Of a stretch of 64,000 nucleotides of DNA, positions 10,710-19,815 are shown piece after piece. Positions within the stretch are counted from its first letter, which is position 1, and each line of letters opens with the position of its first letter. A program made the translations under genes and the position numbers. The stretch lies in contig JAWODM010000008.1 of NCBI GenBank assembly GCA_046483305.1, positions 1-64,000 on the forward strand, given 5' to 3'. The stretch is from Candidatus Krumholzibacteriales bacterium (GTDB lineage Bacteria > Krumholzibacteriota > Krumholzibacteriia > Krumholzibacteriales > WJIX01). The notes beneath the pieces are model-generated. The model saw only the letters and a program-made list of their open reading frames with translations. It searched no databases and was not told the origin of the DNA.

Positions 10710-11857
10710 GGTTTTACGAAGCGGGGTATATGCGGCGACAGCCTCACCAGGAGCTCATAGTTGATGTCATGGGTGGTGAAATTGCTGAAGGCGTTTATGG
10801 AAATGGTCCGGTTCTTCTGTGTCCCGATAAGCACAACTTCGTCGCCCGGACTGGTTCTGGAAACGTCCGTGATATCTGCTATCAGCATGTTCATGCTGAC
10901 CAGGCCTATTACCGAGGCCCGGCAGCCGTTTATCAGCACCCTTCCATGATTGCTCAGCGAACGGCTGTAACCGTCTGAGTAACCGACCGGGATGGTGGCG
11001 ATCTTCATGTCATTGGGAGCCAGGAAAGAAGTGTTGTAACCTATGAAATCGCCGCGTTTTACCGATTTCACGTCCATCACCCTGCTCTTCCAGCAGATTA
11101 CCCTTTTCAGGGGGTTGGTCTTGACATCGTTGTTGGTAAGGTAGTAAATGTAGGTTTCCATACTGGGCCAGAAGCCGTACTGCAGTATCCCCACTCTTAT
11201 CATATCCATCCTGGTCTCAGGATAGCATATCGCCGCGGCGGAGGAAGCGGTGTGCCGGTACTCCGGGCGAATACCCGACCTGACAAAGTCATCGTATATC
11301 CTTACGAAGTTCTCATACTGGTTCTTGACCCGTACGTGGTTGGCAATACTTTCCGCGCCCGAATAATGGGTGCACATCCCCTTCAGATCGATCCGTTCAC
11401 TGTTGTCCAGTATCAGTCTCTTGACATCTTCCAGTTCAGATTCCAGAAAACCGGTCCTGTTCATGCCGGTTTCTATATCCAGGTGTATCCCGGCCTTTTT
11501 ATTCATTCTCCCGGACAGGTCAATAACCTTCTTAAGCCTGCTCATGCTGAATACATAGAACTCTATTTCGTTTTCAATAGCCCATTCCAGCTCCTGGTTG
11601 TCCAGGAAACCCATGATCATGATAGTCGAGGAATCGGTTACCTTGAGCGCTTCCAGGGCATCCCAGGCGCTGAAAACCGAGAAATGGCCGATGCCGCATT
11701 CCTGGGCCATCGGAACGAATTCATTTATGCCGTGTCCGTAGGCGTTCCCCTTGATCACCGATGAGATCCTGATATCGGGGCCGATATATTCTCTGATGAA
11801 GTCTATATTGTTGCGAAGGGCGGATTTCTTCAGCTCGATATAAGAAGTGTAATACAT
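10706..11857 (-). CDS. alr: Alanine racemase
   Basis: VIKGNAYGHG (PLP lysine), ETGMNRTG, PVGYSDG (catalytic Tyr), INYE; start moved to ATG 11857 directly after the upstream gene's stop. Confidence 0.88.
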   Translation of the reverse strand: MYYTSYIELKKSALRNNIDFIREYIGPDIRISSVIKGNAYGHGINEFVPMAQECGIGHFSVFSAWDALEALKVTDSSTIMIMGFLDNQELEWAIENEIEFYVFSMSRLKKVIDLSGRMNKKAGIHLDIETGMNRTGFLESELEDVKRLILDNSERIDLKGMCTHYSGAESIANHVRVKNQYENFVRIYDDFVRSGIRPEYRHTASSAAAICYPETRMDMIRVGILQYGFWPSMETYIYYLTNNDVKTNPLKRVICWKSRVMDVKSVKRGDFIGYNTSFLAPNDMKIATIPVGYSDGYSRSLSNHGRVLINGCRASVIGLVSMNMLIADITDVSRTSPGDEVVLIGTQKNRTISINAFSNFTTHDINYELLVRLSPHIPRFVKP

Positions 11858-11858
11858 A

Positions 11859-13016
11859 TCAGGCCTCACCTTTTCCAAGCAAGTTGTATATGATAAATGA
11901 AAAAACCTTAATGCCGGTCTCCAGGAGCTGATCCGGAAAGTCATAGTCGGGGTTGTGAAGGCTGGGATGCCCTGTTCCCGCTCCTATCCCGAACAGAGCG
12001 CCGGGGAATTTCCCGGTAAAATGCCCGAAATCCTCGGACCAGCGGAAAGGTTTATCAATGAAGCGGGTTTCATACCCTTCTTTTTCGGCAGCCTCCGCCA
12101 CCAGCTCGCTGCAGCTCCTGTTGTTTACGGTGGAGGGAAATTCCTGAATCCAGTTAATATCGATATCCAGCCCCGATTCAGCCGCAATTCTTTCCGCGGT
12201 TTCAGAAGCGGCGCCGGCCAGAAGCTCCATGTCATCGTCCCTGACTGCTCTGAGTGTGGCGATTACCTCTGCTTCGCCAGGCGAGGTTCCCAGCGCGACC
12301 TCCCCGAGCCTGGCGTGGACCACCGTGGACAGGATGAAATCACGGTAACCTTCTCCGCCGGAATCGATAACAGTCAGCTCCCTGATAATATTGCTCATTG
12401 CCATGGCGGGGCTGAGGCCCCGGGAAGGTTCCGCCGCATGGGAAGTTTTACCGGTCAGCCTGATAACCATCCCCCTGGAAGCGGACGCGAAGTTATCATA
12501 GCCAATAACGACGCTGTTCAATTCATGTCCGGGAAGGTTGTGCGCGGCAAATACATAATCAGGCTTTATAAGCTCGAATTTGCCGTCTGAGATAACCCTG
12601 GCCGCTCCCTCTCCGGTCTCCTCCGCAGGCTGGAAAAGCAGCACAGCTCTTCCTCTCTCAGGCCGCGACTCTGAGAGTACATGAGCCATCCCCGCCACTA
12701 TAGCCATGTGACCATCATGACCGCACTTATGCGACACGCCTTTGGATTCCGACCTGTAATCGAAACTGTTAATTTCGGCTATAGGAAGGGCGTCCAGTTC
12801 CGATCTTATCAGAACAGTAGGGCCTTCCCTGCTGCCTTCAAATACCGCCGCCAGGCCCGTCCCGGCAATACCGGTAATAACCTGATCCGGGCTGAATCCG
12901 GAGATGAAATTAATTATCCTCTCCGAAGTTCTGTGTTCATCCCATGAAAGCTCCGGGCTCGAGTGAAGTTCTCTTCTGAGCGACATCAGCTGTTTATTTA
13001 TACCTTTATTTACCAT
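11859..13016 (-). CDS. M20D family amidohydrolase
   Basis: RRELH..PELS, ELDALP, HKCGHDGH, FQPAEE, SEDF and LHNPDYDF motifs. Confidence 0.9.
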   Translation of the reverse strand: MVNKGINKQLMSLRRELHSSPELSWDEHRTSERIINFISGFSPDQVITGIAGTGLAAVFEGSREGPTVLIRSELDALPIAEINSFDYRSESKGVSHKCGHDGHMAIVAGMAHVLSESRPERGRAVLLFQPAEETGEGAARVISDGKFELIKPDYVFAAHNLPGHELNSVVIGYDNFASASRGMVIRLTGKTSHAAEPSRGLSPAMAMSNIIRELTVIDSGGEGYRDFILSTVVHARLGEVALGTSPGEAEVIATLRAVRDDDMELLAGAASETAERIAAESGLDIDINWIQEFPSTVNNRSCSELVAEAAEKEGYETRFIDKPFRWSEDFGHFTGKFPGALFGIGAGTGHPSLHNPDYDFPDQLLETGIKVFSFIIYNLLGKGEA

Positions 13017-13062
13017 GGCGATTAACTGCTAACATTAAAACAGGTTCAGGTCAACGAAAAAT

Positions 13063-13095
13063 AAAAAAGCCCGCACCTGGAAGGGGTGCGGGCTT
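13063..13095 (-). terminator. Rho-independent terminator of the 13132-13755 gene
   Basis: AAGCCCGCACC / GGTGCGGGCTT stem with an A6 run on the + strand (U tract on the minus strand). Confidence 0.85.
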
Positions 13096-13131
13096 AAAAT
13101 CAGAGGCGATATCGATATCCGCTTCCGGAGG

Positions 13132-13755
13132 TCAGCGGCCTCCTTCGTCGATAGTCAGCTCATCTCCGAAGTTGACCATCAGCCCCGCCTCGAAACTGTA
13201 ATTATATTCTGTTCTCACTTCGTGTCCACCGAATACTATGCGGGCGTTCGAAAGGATTTCGTCCGGGGAATACCTCAGATCCTGAAGAGGGAACTGGTTC
13301 TTTGCCTCGAACGGAACCAGCATGATAGTTGCCTCCACCGTGGAGTTGGCAGGGACCAGGACACTGGTCTTGCCGCTGAAAGGCTGAACCGGAACCTCAT
13401 CGCCTCCCATCGGTTCGAACACGATTCTATAGTCGGTTACAAGAAAATCACTCAGAACTCCGTTATCCACGTCCACCAGGCCCGAATATGCGGTATTAGT
13501 AAATTCAACCTTTATATAATCTTCCTGAACATAATCGTCTTCTGTCTGAAACTGGAGAGGACTGCTGTTCTCAATATAGAGGGTATCTCCCTGGTTGAGG
13601 ACATCGCAGAAGAAAGCTCCCCCGCCTTCGTTGATATTACTTACATAGACCACAGCCCGCTGTTCGTAGCTGCTGTCTGTATCGCACCCGAAGACAAGGA
13701 GTCCGAATATAACAATTAGGGCCGACACTGCGATATATTTCTTAGTTGCGGACAT
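13132..13755 (-). CDS. Hypothetical lipoprotein (acidic, beta-rich)
   Basis: SD GGAGGT; KK plus hydrophobic stretch plus VFGC lipobox; has its own terminator. Confidence 0.8.
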   Translation of the reverse strand: MSATKKYIAVSALIVIFGLLVFGCDTDSSYEQRAVVYVSNINEGGGAFFCDVLNQGDTLYIENSSPLQFQTEDDYVQEDYIKVEFTNTAYSGLVDVDNGVLSDFLVTDYRIVFEPMGGDEVPVQPFSGKTSVLVPANSTVEATIMLVPFEAKNQFPLQDLRYSPDEILSNARIVFGGHEVRTEYNYSFEAGLMVNFGDELTIDEGGR

Positions 13756-13804
13756 CAATAAACCTCCTGATTACAATATACCCGGTTTTGCTGATATTCT
13801 TTAT

Positions 13805-13821
13805 CGCAATGATTATGCCAA
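13805..13821 (-). promoter_or_regulatory. Sigma54 (-24/-12) promoter of the lipoprotein gene
   Basis: TTGGCATAATCATTGC gives GG-N10-GC, about 50 nt upstream of the start. Confidence 0.65.
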
Positions 13822-13987
13822 TACAGCAATAGTTATTGGCATCTGATGTTGTTGTTATTATATCAGTTACGATTGACGTTCAAATTAACGGGGAGGCGCC
13901 GGGGGTGAAAATATGCATTATGCGGCAGTATATGTTGCGAGTTGTCCCCGCATTTTGTAATATGAGGTTAGCAGGGAGGGTACCGAT

Positions 13988-15589
13988 TTGGCTGCTTCAA
14001 AGGATGATCCGATCGTTGAAAGAACCGATATACTGGTTATCGGGAGCGGTATGGCGGGTCTTTTTTTTGCGCATAAGGCCTCCCGCAATTCATCCATAAC
14101 TGTAATCACCAAAAAGGAAATATTTGATTCAAACTCCGTGAAGGCCCAGGGAGGGATAGCGATAGCGGTTAAAGACGAGGATTCAGCCGAACTTCACATG
14201 CGCGACACTATTTCCGCGGGAAGGGGGCTGAGCGACCGGAAAGCGGTGGAGGTGATGGTCGGGGAAGCTCAGGAAAGGCTGGAAGAATTAATCTCCATAG
14301 GTGTGGAATTCGACAGGGAAAGCGGCGGTGGCACTCTCAAGGCCAGCAGGGAAGGGGGGCACTCCGCTCCCAGGGTTCTTCACTACGGGGATGTAACCGG
14401 CAGGGAGATTATGGAGAAACTTCTCGGTGCGGTCAGGGATAATAAATCGATCGAGATACTGGAATATCATCTGGCTCTGGACCTTATAGTGGATTCCAAC
14501 CGCTCGGTGATAGGGGCTTTCGTGCTGGACCGGGCCGGCGGCAGGGTGAAGGCGATAATCGCGAAAAATACAGTGCTGGCCACCGGAGGAGCCGGGAAGA
14601 TATACCTTTACACCTCCAATCCCGATGTTGCCAACGGCGACGGACTGGCACTGGCGTATATGGCCGGAGCCAGGATGGCGAACCTGGAATTCGTGCAGTT
14701 TCATCCCACCTGTTTTTACAGTCCCACAGTTAAAACGCTGCTTATTTCGGAGGCGCTCCGGGGCGAGGGGGCGGTTCTAAGAAATGAAAAGGGTGAAGAA
14801 TTCATGGAAGGGCAGCATCCTCTCAGGGAGCTTGCCCCCAGGGATATAGTGGCCAGGGCTATAGACCGGGAGATGAAGAAGAGCGGGGAGAAACATGTAT
14901 ATCTCGATATTACGCATAAGGATAAGGATTGGCTGAAGGAGAGATTCCCGTTTGTCTACGAGAGCTGCCGGAAATACGGTATAAAGATCGAAAAGGATCA
15001 GATCCCGGTAGTTCCGGCCGCTCACTACATGGTGGGTGGGGTGAAGACCGATATAAACGGCATAACCAATGTAGACAGGCTTTACGCCATTGGGGAGGTC
15101 TCCTGCTCCGGCGTCCACGGAGCCAACAGGCTGGCCAGCAATTCGCTGCTGGAGGCGATTGTAATGGCAAGCCGCTGTTCGGAGTCGATCGGAAAAGAAG
15201 AACGGGAGGAACCTGATTTCGACCCCGCCGCCTATTCCTGGCCCAGCCGCGGGGACCCCGAGAAGATCGAGACGGTTATCCTAGACCACGACTGGGACCT
15301 TGCCAGAAGGGTTATGTGGGATTACGTGGGGATAGTAAGAAATGACGAACGGCTGAATATCGCGAGAAAAAGGATATCCCAGATCAGGGAGAACGTGAAC
15401 AGAATATACGGCAGGTATGGCATTTCTGTTGATATGGTCGAGCTCAGGAACCTTGCCCTGGTCTGCAGCCTGGTGATTCATTCAGCCAATCTCCGTAAGG
15501 AGTCGAGAGGCCTGCACTACAATACCGATTACCCTTATAAGAACCCGGTGTGGAGAAAGGATACCATACTGGAGCCGAATGTTATATAA
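13988..15589 (+). CDS. nadB: L-aspartate oxidase
   Basis: GSGMAG, AQGGIA, REGGHS, QFHPT, SEALRGEGA, ELAPRDIVAR, GVHGANRLASNSLLE; TTG with SD GGGAGG. Confidence 0.93.
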   Translation: MAASKDDPIVERTDILVIGSGMAGLFFAHKASRNSSITVITKKEIFDSNSVKAQGGIAIAVKDEDSAELHMRDTISAGRGLSDRKAVEVMVGEAQERLEELISIGVEFDRESGGGTLKASREGGHSAPRVLHYGDVTGREIMEKLLGAVRDNKSIEILEYHLALDLIVDSNRSVIGAFVLDRAGGRVKAIIAKNTVLATGGAGKIYLYTSNPDVANGDGLALAYMAGARMANLEFVQFHPTCFYSPTVKTLLISEALRGEGAVLRNEKGEEFMEGQHPLRELAPRDIVARAIDREMKKSGEKHVYLDITHKDKDWLKERFPFVYESCRKYGIKIEKDQIPVVPAAHYMVGGVKTDINGITNVDRLYAIGEVSCSGVHGANRLASNSLLEAIVMASRCSESIGKEEREEPDFDPAAYSWPSRGDPEKIETVILDHDWDLARRVMWDYVGIVRNDERLNIARKRISQIRENVNRIYGRYGISVDMVELRNLALVCSLVIHSANLRKESRGLHYNTDYPYKNPVWRKDTILEPNVI

Positions 15590-15648
15590 TCCCTTGAAAG
15601 TAATGAACATGGAAATGTTATGAGCATAAACCTGTTATTCGGAATAAG

Positions 15649-16011
15649 ATGAAAGACACCAGAGAGAGAATAAGGGAACTGGCAGAATCCGAAGGGTATT
15701 ACAACGAGAAGGCGTATGTGTTTGTTCTGCTGGCTGTGGAGAGGGTAGTTGAATCTCTGACGGGCCCTCCCAGGCATATATCGGGCTCCGAACTTCTCGA
15801 GGGTATCGTCGATTACGCCAGAGACGAGTTCGGCCCGATGGCCAAAGAGGTTTTTAACTTCTGGGGCGTGGAGAAGTCGGTGGATTTCGGCAAGATCGTT
15901 TTTTCGCTGGTCGATGAGGGTTTGCTGCTGAAGACCGACCGGGACAGCCTTGAGGATTTCAGGGACAAACTCGATTTTGAAGAAATATTTGAAGAGGGAT
16001 ATTTCGATTAG
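15649..16011 (+). CDS. Minf_1886 family conserved hypothetical protein
   Basis: AY.FV..., RHISG.ELL, FGPMA..V...WGV....DFG.IVF.LV..GLL.K...DS.EDF pattern. Confidence 0.8.
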   Translation: MKDTRERIRELAESEGYYNEKAYVFVLLAVERVVESLTGPPRHISGSELLEGIVDYARDEFGPMAKEVFNFWGVEKSVDFGKIVFSLVDEGLLLKTDRDSLEDFRDKLDFEEIFEEGYFD

Positions 16012-16027
16012 GCGGGTGTCCTGTATT

Positions 16028-18229
16028 ATGGCTTCATCTGAACAAGTAAGAAAGATCGATATTATCCTGCTGGGAGTCTATGGTATTGTCGCCCAGACGG
16101 TCTTTCTCCGGGAGATGCTTGGCCTGTTCAGGGGGACTGAGTTCGTGGTGGGGATAATAATCGCCAGCTGGATGATATGGGTGGGAGCAGGTTCCCTGCT
16201 GGGGGGACGGATATTCGGCGATCTGTTCGTGAGGAAATTCCGTAATTTTCAGCTGCTTATAATATCGACAGCGTTTCTTCTGCCGGCCACTACTATTACG
16301 ATAAGACTGGGAAGGGGGATGCTCTCCGGGGCTCCCGGCGAATATCCTCCCCTGGCCGGCTCTATTCTGTTCTGCGTGCTGGTTATGGCTCCTGCGGCCT
16401 TTGGCGCGGGGCTCCTGTACAACGAGGCAAGCCGGTGGTGGAAGAACAGAGTGGGCACTATATCGGAAGGGGTTTCATGGGTATACATTCTGGAGGCTGC
16501 TGGATCTCTGGCGGGGGGGATCATCTTTTCGCTGATTTTGCTCAGGTACCTTACCCAGTTTGAAATATCGCTGCTGATATTTCTGCTGGTGGCCCTGATA
16601 GTCAGCAGGCCTTTGAGAAAGGGGAAGCGGAAGGCCGCTGCGGCTGTCGCGCTTCTGGGGGCGATATTCTTCGCGGGGAGGATTCTCGATGATATCAGCA
16701 TTGAGCGCCTGTTTCCGGGATACAGAGTTATCGATTTCGAATCGTCCGAATACGGGGAGATAGCGGTGGTGGAGAGGGAGGGGGGCATATCCTGCTATTC
16801 GGGGGGATCCAGGCTGTTTACCATCCCGGGCAGGGACCGGGCGGAAGAGATGATTCATATCCCGCTTCTATCGCATGACAACCCCGGACGGGTGCTGGTG
16901 GTCGGAGGGGGGCTGAAGGAAGAGTTGAATGAGATTGCGAGGCACCCTTCCGTCCGGGAGGCGGATTTCGTCCAGCTGGACGGTGAGCTAATAGAGATTC
17001 TGAGGGAGTACTACATCGGAGGCGGTACCGGACGGATAGATACAGAGCTTATAATCGGCGACGGAAGGCGTTTTGTGAAGAGAAGCGGCAAAAAGTACGA
17101 CGTTATAATAGTGAACGCTCCCGACCCGGTTAATATTGAGATAAACAGGTATTATACAATTGAATTCTTCAGGTTGGCCGCGCGGGTACTCGAACCGGGG
17201 GGTATCCTGGCGGTAAATCATTCCTCCTCGGAGAACTTCATATCTGTTCAGCAGGGCAGAGCGCTTAAATCGCTGGAGAAGACCCTGCTTGGTATTTTTG
17301 ACAGAGTGACAGTGCTGCCGGGCTCCAATCTGTATTTTATTGCGGGAGAAAGAAAGATAAAGCTCGCTGATATTTTCGCTGCTCTGAGCGGCAGGGAACT
17401 TGGCACAGAATATATCAATGAAAATTACCTCCCCTACCGGCTGAACAGAGAGAGAGTGGATTTTACGTTGTCGGGGATGAAGAAGGGCGCAGGGGTAAAG
17501 GTGAACAGAGACCTGATGCCGGCGATGACTTCTTATGAGCTGTTTCTGGAGTTTCACCGGAGCGGGTATTCGCCGCCGCAGTTTATCATTGATATTTTCA
17601 GGGGCCGGAACAGCTGGGTCTTTCTTCTCGCCTGCCTGCTGATAATAGTTATTTTTGCCTTTCCCGGCAGAAAGACCGCGGCGAAACTGGATATCTGGAC
17701 GGTGGGACTGACCGGGTTCCTCTTCCAGATAAGTATTCTGCTGACCTACCAGGCGTTTTCAGGTTACCTCTATGAAGGTATAATCATATTGACCGCCTCC
17801 TTTATGGCCGGGATCTCCGCGGGAACCCTGTATTCGCAGCTGCGGGAGAAGCAGCTCTGGAAGAATGGCAGGTTGATTCATGCCGCTCTGATGGCGCTGG
17901 CGGTTGCGCACTTCGTATGGGTCCGGAGGGTCACCGGCGCCGGCGCGGGGATAGCAGCCGGGACAGCCGGGTTTATCTCTTTCTCCCTGCTGGGGGGATT
18001 TCTTACCGGGATGTTCTACCGGGCAGTGGTCTCCACGGTGCTGGAGACCGCCGTGGGTGAGCAGCCGGCTGTTTTCTACGCCTGGGACATGTTCGGCGCC
18101 TGCCTGGGCAGTATACTGGGAGGGGTATTGCTGTTTCCGGTGTTCGGAATAAACGGCGCGGTTGCGGCCATACTATTTCTTCACCTGGCCGGACTGTCGC
18201 TGCTCACCGGGAAGTGGCAGACCGGATAG
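16028..18229 (+). CDS. Multi-pass membrane protein with a central spermidine-synthase-like (class I SAM-binding) domain
   Basis: About 7 N-terminal and about 6 C-terminal hydrophobic helices flanking RVLVVGGG...GDGRRF...YDVIIVNAPDP...YTIEFF; ATG 16028 (ORF track 15950). Confidence 0.8.
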   Translation: MASSEQVRKIDIILLGVYGIVAQTVFLREMLGLFRGTEFVVGIIIASWMIWVGAGSLLGGRIFGDLFVRKFRNFQLLIISTAFLLPATTITIRLGRGMLSGAPGEYPPLAGSILFCVLVMAPAAFGAGLLYNEASRWWKNRVGTISEGVSWVYILEAAGSLAGGIIFSLILLRYLTQFEISLLIFLLVALIVSRPLRKGKRKAAAAVALLGAIFFAGRILDDISIERLFPGYRVIDFESSEYGEIAVVEREGGISCYSGGSRLFTIPGRDRAEEMIHIPLLSHDNPGRVLVVGGGLKEELNEIARHPSVREADFVQLDGELIEILREYYIGGGTGRIDTELIIGDGRRFVKRSGKKYDVIIVNAPDPVNIEINRYYTIEFFRLAARVLEPGGILAVNHSSSENFISVQQGRALKSLEKTLLGIFDRVTVLPGSNLYFIAGERKIKLADIFAALSGRELGTEYINENYLPYRLNRERVDFTLSGMKKGAGVKVNRDLMPAMTSYELFLEFHRSGYSPPQFIIDIFRGRNSWVFLLACLLIIVIFAFPGRKTAAKLDIWTVGLTGFLFQISILLTYQAFSGYLYEGIIILTASFMAGISAGTLYSQLREKQLWKNGRLIHAALMALAVAHFVWVRRVTGAGAGIAAGTAGFISFSLLGGFLTGMFYRAVVSTVLETAVGEQPAVFYAWDMFGACLGSILGGVLLFPVFGINGAVAAILFLHLAGLSLLTGKWQTG

Positions 18230-18258
18230 GCCCGGACGATCCTTCGGGGATCAGGAAT

Positions 18259-19812
18259 TTATCTGAGCCCGAAATCCTCCTCCGAGAATACATCCGCGGT
18301 AAAGGCCTGTATTCTGGTATCAGGCATTTTCCAGCAATCGGACGGAAGGCCCGCCTTGCGGCAGGTGTGGCCGAGAAACTCCTCCCGGTTCCATCCCCAT
18401 TCCACCGGAACCTGGGGAAGAAGGACACCGGAGCGGTTGCCCCTGCTCATAATCAGGCCGTGCTTTCCTACTTCCACCTTCTCCGGATCTTCTATATCTC
18501 TTACCGGGCTGAGAACCGAAATCTCAATGCTGAGGCCGGACAGCTCCGATCCGGTAACCGGCGGAAACCTGGGGTCTCTGAGAGCGGCCGATTCGGCGTT
18601 GTCCGCTATGGTCTGTATAAGAGGTTTAAGCGGCATTATGTAACCTATACAGCCTCTCAGCTGTCCATCCTTCTTCAGGGTCACAAATCCGCCCCTCTTT
18701 TCTCCGAACAGCGGGGAGGAAGGAATCTCCAGGGAGATATCCTTTCCGTTAAGTTTCCTGTCCAGCACCTGGCGTGCATAGCGAAGAAGGAATTTCCTGT
18801 CCTCGTCGCTGAGCGAACCGGATTCCTTCTCCGGCCGGGCCGATTCCGAGCGCTCTTCATCGTCTCCGGTATCCGCGCTGTTTCTGTCAACGAAAGCCGC
18901 AGAGAGATAGCCGACCACCCGATCGTTATCTCCGGTAACATCTCCCGAATGCGAATAATTCAATGGAATGCAGCTGTCGGCGCCCAGTTTTGCGGAAGCC
19001 TTCATGGCGGCAAGCACCGGACCGTATCCGCATGCTTCTGTCTTCCTGGAATAGATGGCGTTTGACAGTGAGTCGAAATCGAATTCAGATAGATGATTGA
19101 TGAATACCCGGTCAAGCCGTTCAGCTTCGCCGGCGCTGTGAAAATGCGATAAATCAGTGCTTGCCACTATCAGGAACCTGGTACCTTTAAGAGCTTCAGC
19201 GAGAGCGCCGGCCAGCTCATCGATATTTTCCAGATCCTGACCGCCCATCACGATTGGAACCAGTTTAAAATCTTCCAGTACCGACTGCAGAAATGGTATC
19301 TGAACTTCCAGAGAATGCTCGCTGAATTGCGGCACGGAGGAGCCATGGCCGCTGGAGCTTATTCTCACTCTATCGCTTCCGGAAGCTATACGGTCGGCAA
19401 GATCCGTATCCACTTCGACCTTTCCCAGGGGAGTGCTGTAGTAATCACCGTCGAAGATCGAACAGAAGCTGAAACTCTCCCGATGGCTGGGAGCTATTAC
19501 CACTACCTTTTCATACTGTTTGCCCGATATCAGTTTGTATCCGAACCCCGCCGTGGGGCCGCTGTACCGGTAGCCTGCGTGAGGAGAGACTATGGCAAGT
19601 ACCTTTCCGTCGATCTTCTCCGGTTCCGCCCTCTCCAGGTAGTCTTCGATCGCGGACCTGAGCTCTACGGGGTCACCGGGGTAAAAGGAACCGGCAAACG
19701 CCGGTTTGCGTATTTTGTTATCCATCTGATTCTCCTTGCTTCCTGTACCTGAAATCAAGTTCGGAATTAGCAGAATTATCAACAGGGTAATTATATTCTT
19801 TTTTAATCTCAT
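18259..19812 (-). CDS. amrB/amrA: AmmeMemoRadiSam protein B (MEMO1) fused to protein A (AMMECR1), with a signal-peptide-like N-terminus
   Basis: RKPAFAGSFYP, PHAGYRYSG, EHSLEVQ, STDLSHF (MEMO); acidic linker; GFVTL...LRGCIG, DPRF, GVLLPQV..EWGW (AMMECR1). Confidence 0.92.
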   Translation of the reverse strand: MRLKKNIITLLIILLIPNLISGTGSKENQMDNKIRKPAFAGSFYPGDPVELRSAIEDYLERAEPEKIDGKVLAIVSPHAGYRYSGPTAGFGYKLISGKQYEKVVVIAPSHRESFSFCSIFDGDYYSTPLGKVEVDTDLADRIASGSDRVRISSSGHGSSVPQFSEHSLEVQIPFLQSVLEDFKLVPIVMGGQDLENIDELAGALAEALKGTRFLIVASTDLSHFHSAGEAERLDRVFINHLSEFDFDSLSNAIYSRKTEACGYGPVLAAMKASAKLGADSCIPLNYSHSGDVTGDNDRVVGYLSAAFVDRNSADTGDDEERSESARPEKESGSLSDEDRKFLLRYARQVLDRKLNGKDISLEIPSSPLFGEKRGGFVTLKKDGQLRGCIGYIMPLKPLIQTIADNAESAALRDPRFPPVTGSELSGLSIEISVLSPVRDIEDPEKVEVGKHGLIMSRGNRSGVLLPQVPVEWGWNREEFLGHTCRKAGLPSDCWKMPDTRIQAFTADVFSEEDFGLR

Positions 19813-19815
19813 AAG

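Noticed and set aside
11858..11944. N-terminal extension of alr in the ORF track
   Set aside because: Overlaps the amidohydrolase 3' end; the Alr-like sequence begins at ATG 11857
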